Positions 8,822-14,495 of a stretch of DNA of 44,827 nt are shown here, one piece after another. Origin of the DNA: a virus. A program made the position numbers and the translations under genes. How positions within the stretch are numbered: position 1 is the first letter of the stretch; every line of letters begins with the position of its first letter. Below the pieces are notes generated by a model. That model was not told the DNA's origin. It did no database searches and was given only the letters and a program-made list of their open reading frames with translations. Location: the IMG/VR virus record IMGVR_UViG_3300037034_000031, one strand, 5' to 3'.

Positions 8822-9327
8822 TCCTTCACCTCGCTCTCTCGTCGGTTGACCAGACCACGTGACACGACCTTCACGCCGTTCACCGTGATCTTGTTCCACC
8901 GGCGCATCTCGTAGGGCACAGCGTCGTAAAGACCTAAGTTCAACAACTCCAAGAGCGTGCTATCTGCAAAGGCACCGTTACCAATGTTGAACACGAAGGA
9001 AGTCAGGGCTGTGTACTGGTGCGGCTCCAAAGGCACCGTGACCAACCGTTCGATAGCGTCCACGGCCTGTCGCCGATCATGCAGGTACACTGCTCGGCAC
9101 TTCTCGTCAGACCATGTGTCACCCAGCTTGAATGGGTAGGCATGGTCGGATGTGTGACCTGCGCAGATCGTCGGCACGCCCTTGACATCCAAGTATGCCT
9201 CATTCCGGTGCCCCTCCCTGTCTAGGAGAGGGTCAGCACCAGTGATAGAGTACGCCACCGTCGCCGCGACTAGGAATATGATGAACAGGAAGAGGGTATC
9301 GAAGAATTTAAATACCACGCCCTTCAT
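8803..9327 (-). CDS. GH24 (T4 lysozyme-type) endolysin with N-terminal signal-anchor/SAR domain
   Basis: Catalytic triad spacing E-x8-D-x5-T in REGHRNEAYLDVKGVPT. N-terminal hydrophobic FFDTLFLFIIFLVAATVAYSI. C-terminal GLVNRRESE, typical of the family. Confidence 0.85.
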   Translation of the reverse strand: MKGVVFKFFDTLFLFIIFLVAATVAYSITGADPLLDREGHRNEAYLDVKGVPTICAGHTSDHAYPFKLGDTWSDEKCRAVYLHDRRQAVDAIERLVTVPLEPHQYTALTSFVFNIGNGAFADSTLLELLNLGLYDAVPYEMRRWNKITVNGVKVVSRGLVNRRESEVKEWLGEL

Positions 9328-9584
9328 TTGACCACTCCTGTGTGTTTAAGCCAGCGCTGGTAGCTGCGCTGGCAGTGGTTGCTTTCCATGGGTGACGCCA
9401 ACCAGTCCAGTATGTTTTCCACCTTCCGGTAGCGGCGGCGCACTTTGTAGGCTACAAAATCCACATGCCCTCCAGACCATGCTTTCATGAACACCGCCGT
9501 GCATACGGTTTTGTTGCGTGTCCCCCAGATAACCGAGGCGGTCAGGCATGACAGGCTATAGCCTATTGCTTTGATGCGTTTCAT
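9324..9584 (-). CDS. Hypothetical Cys/His-containing basic protein (86 aa)
   Basis: ORF with ATGA overlaps at both ends; no convincing TMD. Confidence 0.5.
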   Translation of the reverse strand: MKRIKAIGYSLSCLTASVIWGTRNKTVCTAVFMKAWSGGHVDFVAYKVRRRYRKVENILDWLASPMESNHCQRSYQRWLKHTGVVK

Positions 9585-9772
9585 TTGCTTTCACCCGAGC
9601 ACACGACGTTGCCCACGACGTTGCCCGCGACTTTGCCAAAGACGTTGCCCTCGACGTTGCCAAAGACGTCGCCCCAGACGGGACCATCGACGTCCTGAAT
9701 GCCTAGACCGTCCTCTGTCATAATGATCTTTCTTTCAAGAAACTTGATCTGCTCAGGTGTGAATTTGCTCAT
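9581..9772 (-). CDS. Tetrapeptide (G-x-V-x) repeat protein, short paralog (63 aa)
   Basis: The N-terminus MSKFTPEQIKFLERKIIMTEDGLGIQDV is homologous to the N-terminus of 10890..11141. It is followed by 7 G-x-V-x units (GPVW GDVF GNVE GNVF GKVA GNVV GNVV). Confidence 0.6.
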   Translation of the reverse strand: MSKFTPEQIKFLERKIIMTEDGLGIQDVDGPVWGDVFGNVEGNVFGKVAGNVVGNVVCSGESK

Positions 9773-10347
9773 GGTGCTTCTCCAGTCTTGTGTGTTTCTT
9801 TGTCAAGCCACTTAGGGCGCATTTTGTCACGACACATCTGTAGGCGGGTGAGTTTGTCCCCGACAAGACCACCCGCATTGTCCGAGACTATGAGGTCGTC
9901 AATGGCAGCCCAAAGCTCCCGCTGGTCTCGCTCATGTGGTGCCTCAGATTGGCTGTTCGCAACCACAGTAAAGTAGCGCCCCTCGCGGATGTCGTAAGTC
10001 CACTCGCCTGCGGTCTCTGCCTCTGCTTTGCTGACCGCCTTGAGGAAGCCGAGATGTTCATTGTCTACGAGTAGTAAATACCCGTCTTTTAGAAATAGCA
10101 GGTGTGCGTACTGCTTATTACAGCCGGAGATTTGAAGGACACTTTCCTGATTTTTGATCAGGCCCGTGCCGAACACCCGGCCCATGAACACGTGCTCTGG
10201 CAACAGCCACGATTGCTCCGTGACGTACTCGCCAGTCCCCCGCATCTTGTAGCGTCCCAGCATAGGCTTGGCACCTAGCGTTTGCATGAGAGCCTGCGCC
10301 ATTACGTTGACGTCGTTGTCGAGGGAAAAGATAATGGATGGTTTCAT
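9769..10347 (-). CDS. Hypothetical protein (192 aa)
   Basis: ORF; its start is preceded by the repeated junction GGAGATTGACAC-ATG. Confidence 0.6.
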   Translation of the reverse strand: MKPSIIFSLDNDVNVMAQALMQTLGAKPMLGRYKMRGTGEYVTEQSWLLPEHVFMGRVFGTGLIKNQESVLQISGCNKQYAHLLFLKDGYLLLVDNEHLGFLKAVSKAEAETAGEWTYDIREGRYFTVVANSQSEAPHERDQRELWAAIDDLIVSDNAGGLVGDKLTRLQMCRDKMRPKWLDKETHKTGEAP

Positions 10348-10463
10348 GTGTCAATCTCCAACAAGCTACGCAGGAACATCAGTGTGATCTGTGTTTGCAG
10401 TGGGTTGGGGTTTTCAATCGCGTGGATCAGGCCGTGCACCTGTTCTTGAGTTAGCTTAATCAT
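10344..10463 (-). CDS. Small hypothetical protein (39 aa), not in the ORF track
   Basis: MIKLTQEQVHGLIHAIENPNPLQTQITLMFLRSLLEIDT. ATGA overlaps at both ends and GGAG 8 nt upstream. Fills a 113-nt gap. Confidence 0.4.
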   Translation of the reverse strand: MIKLTQEQVHGLIHAIENPNPLQTQITLMFLRSLLEIDT

Positions 10464-10651
10464 GTGTCAATCTCCTTATACGCCGCATCCACGGCTTTCT
10501 TGAGTTCCAGAAGTTCGTTGCGGCTCAGCGACACAAAATTACTTTCACCCGTGTGCCCATCCTCGATTGAAATCAGCGCCGATGCGTCGGAGTATGTCTC
10601 AATTTCGATACTGTCGCCGTCGACATCGGTGATCTGGCAGTGTTTGGTCAA
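10460..10651 (-). CDS. Hypothetical acidic protein (63 aa), TTG start
   Basis: No ATG in frame. TTG at 10651 has GGAGG 9 nt upstream and a TTGA overlap with the upstream stop. Confidence 0.5.
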   Translation of the reverse strand: MTKHCQITDVDGDSIEIETYSDASALISIEDGHTGESNFVSLSRNELLELKKAVDAAYKEIDT

Positions 10652-10893
10652 TGGATCGTACCTCCAAATGCAGGGATGCCAGTTGCCGCGTCACGCGCCA
10701 CATCGTTTTGGTCGTCTGTCAGGATAGAGAAACCATCGGCAGCGTCTTTCAGCGTGACATGATAGCCGGTCAGTTGACCTTGCTTGTATACGGGGTCAGT
10801 CATGGCACATACAGCGCCAAACAGGTTATAGGCCATTACACGTTGTGCAACGCGCCTAGCGCCGTCGCGGGAGATAAATAGGGCGTAGGTCAT
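10648..10893 (-). CDS. Hypothetical protein (81 aa)
   Basis: ORF with an ATGA overlap at 10890-10893. Confidence 0.5.
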   Translation of the reverse strand: MTYALFISRDGARRVAQRVMAYNLFGAVCAMTDPVYKQGQLTGYHVTLKDAADGFSILTDDQNDVARDAATGIPAFGGTIH

Positions 10894-11141
10894 GTACTTG
10901 CACCCCTGCCCTCGACACTGCCCCAGACGTTGCCCTTGACGTCGCCCCAGACGCTGCCCTTGACGTTGCCCACGACGTTGCCCTCGACGTTGCCCTCGAC
11001 GCTGCCCTTGACGTCGCCCCAGACGCTGCCCTTGACGTCGCCCTCGACGTCGCCCTCGACGTCCTTAATGTCTAAACCATTATCGGTTAGTGTCAGACGA
11101 CCTTCTAACATCTCGATCTGCTCTTGTGTAAATTTAGGCAT
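10890..11141 (-). CDS. Tetrapeptide (G-x-V-x) repeat protein, long paralog (83 aa)
   Basis: MPKFTQEQIEMLEGRLTLTDNGLDIKDV followed by 12 consecutive G-[DNS]-V-x units. CAGGAG lies 8 nt upstream of the ATG. Confidence 0.65.
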   Translation of the reverse strand: MPKFTQEQIEMLEGRLTLTDNGLDIKDVEGDVEGDVKGSVWGDVKGSVEGNVEGNVVGNVKGSVWGDVKGNVWGSVEGRGAST

Positions 11142-11144
11142 GTA

Positions 11145-11291
11145 TCAAACTCCTGTATTGGCCACACATTCAAAGGTGGCGAGTGTTACGTTATGGGCAA
11201 GGGCAAAGCTCTTGCAGTGATACGCGGTCAGGAAGTAGTAATCTTGAAACACCTGCCCGTCGATAAACAGAACGTATATGGTATCAAACAC
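11145..11291 (-). CDS. Hypothetical small protein (start uncertain; GTG 11291 preferred)
   Basis: The track ORF 11145..11366 overlaps 11303..11503 by 64 nt. GTG at 11291 has AAGGA about 6 nt upstream. Confidence 0.3.
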   Translation of the reverse strand: MFDTIYVLFIDGQVFQDYYFLTAYHCKSFALAHNVTLATFECVANTGV

Positions 11292-11302
11292 ATGGTTTCC
11301 TT

Positions 11303-11503
11303 TCAGCGGAGGGTTGCGCACAGGCGCTGACTTTCTTGCAGATTCTTTAGACCGGCGCGGAGCCATGCGTGGCGTTGTTGGCGGGCATCATGTTTCTTTC
11401 CTACTGGACCTAAAAACGTCCAAGCGGCCCGGATGAAATCAACAGAGGTGCAAGAGACGCCACCTGCCTCGTCCTCGATACGTAGGTATTGAGCGTAGAT
11501 CAT
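11303..11503 (-). CDS. Hypothetical protein (66 aa)
   Basis: AAGGA lies 6 nt upstream of ATG 11503. Confidence 0.45.
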   Translation of the reverse strand: MIYAQYLRIEDEAGGVSCTSVDFIRAAWTFLGPVGKKHDARQQRHAWLRAGLKNLQESQRLCATLR

Positions 11504-11514
11504 GTCGTATCCTT

Positions 11515-11745
11515 TCAGAGAATGATTGGGTGCACGGTGTATTCGAGACCATACCAGTCAAGCCGACGCATGTAGTTTTCACGGGCCTTCAAGTCACGGA
11601 TTGGGCTGTTACCAAACTCAACGTGCGTACTGATATAAAATCCATCTTTCCACGCCGCATCCTTGGCGGCGCGGTACTGGGCGTACTCGGATTGAATGAT
11701 AATTTCAAAGCCACGTATGCGGCGGCAATCGTCATGTTCTTGCAT
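11515..11745 (-). CDS. Hypothetical protein (76 aa)
   Basis: ATG 11745 (MQEHDD) has GGAGA 6 nt upstream. The track start at 11757 is a TTG. Confidence 0.55.
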   Translation of the reverse strand: MQEHDDCRRIRGFEIIIQSEYAQYRAAKDAAWKDGFYISTHVEFGNSPIRDLKARENYMRRLDWYGLEYTVHPIIL

Positions 11746-11978
11746 GGTTGTCTCCAATGTTAAAAGTCAGTAATGGATGCACACACCGTGGGAGGTCGAT
11801 GTGTGCACACTTACGGGCTTTTAGGCCAATTTCATGGTGTACCTCCATGGTTTCGAGTGGTGCATATTCGAGGCTTGCCAGCCAGTATCCTCGTGTGTCG
11901 ATTTACGCTTTAGGCTCCTACGCCCTACGCTGACGGAGACGCTCTGATCGGCGGTAGTTGCGTTTCAGGGTGCATGGC

Positions 11979-12446
11979 CTACACAGACACACCCAGTTCA
12001 GACGCCATTTTCAAGATAGCGGTGGCTTGTGTGTCCGTCACTTTGTCGCCTTCTTTCCGTTCGGCGCTGATTTTCTTGGCCAGCGCCTTCACCAAGGCGA
12101 GGGCGTCCACCGGCTTGTAGTCTGGATCAGGCTTGTATTCGGTCCAAGATTTCTCTTGTGCACCGTCTAAGTCGAATACACCCTCTTTATCGTGGGTGAA
12201 AATCTGGTTATCTGCGTCAAAGCCTACCTTACCGTGGGCCATGATAAATTCCCGTAGGGCATTTACGCGGCTACCTTTCGGCATTGCCTCAACCAGTTGG
12301 TTGATAATGGTTACGTCACCATGCTTGGCGTGGTGCGCCATTGCGGACACGGCAGCTACCCAAATGTCGTCATCCAGTTTCTTGCCACGGGTGTGGATGG
12401 ATTTGAACGCGGCCAGAAGGGCGGTTTTGTCTGTGATAAGTTTCAT
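11979..12446 (-). CDS. Hypothetical early protein (155 aa)
   Basis: GAGGAA lies 5 nt upstream of ATG 12446. First sizeable gene after the ORF-free segment. Confidence 0.65.
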   Translation of the reverse strand: MKLITDKTALLAAFKSIHTRGKKLDDDIWVAAVSAMAHHAKHGDVTIINQLVEAMPKGSRVNALREFIMAHGKVGFDADNQIFTHDKEGVFDLDGAQEKSWTEYKPDPDYKPVDALALVKALAKKISAERKEGDKVTDTQATAILKMASELGVSV

Positions 12447-13162
12447 TTTGTTTCCTCAGATTGCTAACTGACATACACCACCATTGGCGTATGCGAGAAC
12501 GCAATCTAAGCGTTCTGAAGTCTGCCCCTCTCGCCCCGTAGTTCTTGCCACTGTATTAATCCACCGCTGCCCTATGCATCCCCGTGGTACGCGCATCGCC
12601 GCGCCGCTTCACCTAGCATAATCTTTCAGCTTCATACCGCCACCCTAAAGCTTTGGCATACTGACAAGTCCGTCCAACTGAACAAACTTCACCGCTCTTG
12701 ACAAGTTAGTCTCCACGGTCCCGGCATGTGTCCTATCAGCGCAGACGGTTTCACCCGTTATGCCACGCAACCCGATAGGGTCCGGTTTTGCTCCAACCAC
12801 GGGAGCAGATACATAGGCCACATGAGGCGGCTTGTGCGGGCTGGTCAGTACCCGACTTTCTTTCTAGACCCTATTCTATCCACTCTAGGGCGTCAAGCGT
12901 TTTCTTTGTCTGGGGTAAGGTACGCTTTACAGCCTTTGTGGACTTATCCAACCTATCCCATGCGCCCTTACAGGCGATAACGTGTGGCATTCAATTCCCC
13001 ACATAACCAGAACGTTTCCTTGGTGCGTCCCACCCACTACCTATCAGGCTCTCGCGGTCAAGGTAGAATTATCTTGTGCCCCTCTTGATTGCTAGGGCCT
13101 GCTTAGAATAGTCGCGGTACGTCTGGCCTACCCGTAGGCGGCGGTTTGTTCCCGTTGGTCAA

Positions 13163-13206
13163 CTGTCTAGTGATAGGGCACCGTAGCGCCCTACTGCTAG
13201 CTAGTC
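13163..13206 (-). repeat. 44-bp palindromic repeat, copy B (RNase III-type processing hairpin or terminator candidate)
   Basis: 39/44 identical to 13366-13409. Internally an imperfect inverted repeat around the core GGGCAC-CGTA-GCGCCC. Contains the stop codon of the 47-aa ORF. Confidence 0.6.
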
Positions 13207-13344
13207 TTTGATAACTGTGACGGACACGTGCCCCGCAAACAATGTGGTGAATTGCATGGCGGTGTCGCGGTCCCCGAAGCTTAGCTCCCCACGCTGATTC
13301 GTTGCGTAACAGACCCACTGCACGGTGTAAGTTTGATATTCCAT
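13201..13344 (-). CDS. Small hypothetical early protein (47 aa), not in the ORF track
   Basis: MEYQTYTVQWVCYATNQRGELSFGDRDTAMQFTTLFAGHVSVTVIKD. AGGA lies 8 nt upstream of ATG 13344. Bracketed by the two 44-bp repeats. Confidence 0.45.
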   Translation of the reverse strand: MEYQTYTVQWVCYATNQRGELSFGDRDTAMQFTTLFAGHVSVTVIKD

Positions 13345-13365
13345 AGCGTATATCCTTTGGTTTGA

Positions 13366-13409
13366 CTGTCTATTGATAGGGCACCGCAGTGCCCCACTGA
13401 TAGCTAGTC
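13366..13409 (-). repeat. 44-bp palindromic repeat, copy A
   Basis: Core hairpin GGGCAC-CGCA-GTGCCC with flanking arms TTGACTGTCTATTGATA / TGATAGCTAGTCAA. Lies directly after the stop of the 70-aa membrane protein gene. Confidence 0.6.
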
Positions 13410-13411
13410 AA

Positions 13412-13624
13412 TCAGATTTTGTTAAGGCGCATAGTCTTGACCCATGCTGACAGTTTGGTGCCTAGGATGTAAGACGGGATCATCATAAGGATGAATACAC
13501 ACAGTTGACCAAGACCAATTTTCAACATGAGCTTGATTGAGAAGAGAACCGCCAGTGCACCGACTGCACCACACACAAAGTCGATTGCGAGGGAGATCAG
13601 AGTGTTTTTTGTATCGTTTGTCAT
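13412..13624 (-). CDS. Small two-TMD membrane protein (70 aa), first early gene
   Basis: LISLAIDFVCGAVGALAVLFSI and LCVFILMMIPSYILG hydrophobic segments. AGGAAAG lies upstream of ATG 13624. Lower GC than the genome average. Confidence 0.55.
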   Translation of the reverse strand: MTNDTKNTLISLAIDFVCGAVGALAVLFSIKLMLKIGLGQLCVFILMMIPSYILGTKLSAWVKTMRLNKI

Positions 13625-13674
13625 GTCTTAGACTTTCCTGAGTGGCAGACCGTGTTGGCCAGTGCCGTGGTTGT

Positions 13675-13850
13675 TGATTAGAATATAGGGCCGTTTTCCA
13701 GATACACAACCCATAAAATGCAGAAACTTACACTTTTGTATGAAACCCCTTATTTATAAGGCTAAGACTATATCCGACTTATGATGTGCCACTAATATAG
13801 GACAGATAGCGACCTGATATTTACGGTATCAGTTTCAGCAAGTAAGCCGA
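13675..13850 (-). promoter_or_regulatory. Candidate host-RNAP (sigma70-like) early promoter cluster
   Basis: Three candidates on the minus strand. TTGTGT-16-TATATT (-35 at 13704-13709, -10 at 13682-13687). TTAGTG-17-TATAGT (13767-13795). TTACTT-16-TAAATA (13818-13845). AT-rich DNA upstream of the first gene. The host is unknown, so the motif model is an assumption. Confidence 0.35.
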
Positions 13851-13899
13851 TGCTCTGCAAGGCGCGCAGTGATCGAAGATCATGAACCAAAGACTATGA

Positions 13900-14008
13900 C
13901 CATACAGATAGAACCATACAGATAGAATATGATGATGATGATGAAAGAATATAAATCATACCAAACAAAAGAATACAGATAGCCCATGACCAAGAGCATG
14001 ACCAAGAG
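13900..14008. repeat. Cluster of short tandem repeats
   Basis: CCATACAGATAGAA x2 (13900-13927, with a partial third copy at 13972-13982). (ATG)5 at 13929-13943. CATGACCAAGAG x2 at 13985-14008. Confidence 0.85.
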
Positions 14009-14070
14009 CAGACAATGAGAGCGTAGCGAGGAGAGAGCGTGAGCGAACGACCATTGTAAGGGTATAGGAA

Positions 14071-14200
14071 GCGCGTACGTGTGTGTGTGTGTGTGTGTGC
14101 CTACACGCGTGGGGTATACTACCCACGTGGGTGCCTGCGCCTGTGTGCGCATGTGTGCGTGCCCGCGTGCGCCCGCATTATGCGCGTGTGTGTGTGCGCG
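14071..14200. repeat. Alternating purine-pyrimidine (GT/GC) tracts, Z-DNA-prone
   Basis: 30-nt perfect Pu-Py alternation at 14071-14100, including (GT)10. Further 21-nt alternating tracts at 14142-14162 and 14180-14200. 10-bp palindrome CCCACGTGGG at 14121-14130. Confidence 0.85.
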
Positions 14201-14440
14201 AAGGGGGCCATGGGGAAAATCAGACACTGTTGTTGTTAGATACCCCCTCGTGAAAATTTATGATATTTTTCAAATCGGGAGAGATGATCAATGTGATCTA
14301 TGTGTTTTCGCCGTATTAAGGCTCGTTTAGGTTCTGACCACATGTAGCTGATGTACGTCGGATACTAAAGGAGCATTGAGTATCCTTGAGGATGCCTCTG
14401 AGGCTCGCTATAAGCCGATCTCAGGGCTTGTAGGGGTGTC

Positions 14441-14481
14441 TCAGCCCCAACCGTACCCGAGAGGGCGTTAGAGGGGCTGAG
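14441..14481 (-). terminator. Stem-loop downstream of the last late gene
   Basis: Inverted repeat TCTCAGCCCC (14441-14450) / GGGGCTGAGA (14472-14481), 15 nt after the stop at 14496. A further 7-bp stem GGATACT/AGTATCC lies at 14361-14386. No clear U-tract. Confidence 0.35.
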
Positions 14482-14495
14482 AGAGCTGTTTGTGG

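Noticed and set aside
10908-11054. 12-bp periodic direct repeats that might suggest a CRISPR-like or satellite array
   Set aside because: There are no spacers. The repeats are in frame and encode the G-x-V-x tetrapeptide units of a CDS.
12557-12953. Three DnaA-box-like 9-mers in the same orientation (TAATCCACC, CTATCCACT, TTATCCAAC)
   Set aside because: Each matches only 7/9 positions. About two such matches are expected by chance in 700 bp on two strands, so this is not evidence for an origin.
12726-13006. Two plus-strand ORFs (84 and 72 aa) inside the ORF-free segment
   Set aside because: They are on the wrong strand relative to every other gene, lack an SD, overlap each other and have a low-complexity composition. 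They are kept only as part of the non-coding-segment finding.
12990-13012. Possible tRNA T-arm (TGTGG-CATTCAATTCC-CCACA)
   Set aside because: The loop is 11 nt rather than 7, and there is no adjoining acceptor, D or anticodon stem.
13103-13318. 71-aa minus-strand ORF in the early non-coding region
   Set aside because: It is Arg/Pro-rich, has no SD and runs through palindromic repeat B. The alternative-frame 47-aa ORF (13201..13344) with an SD is more plausible.
13880-14227. 115-aa minus-strand ORF with THTHTH repeats
   Set aside because: It is produced by reading through the (GT)n/(GC)n low-complexity tracts and tandem repeats. There is no SD and the composition is implausible.
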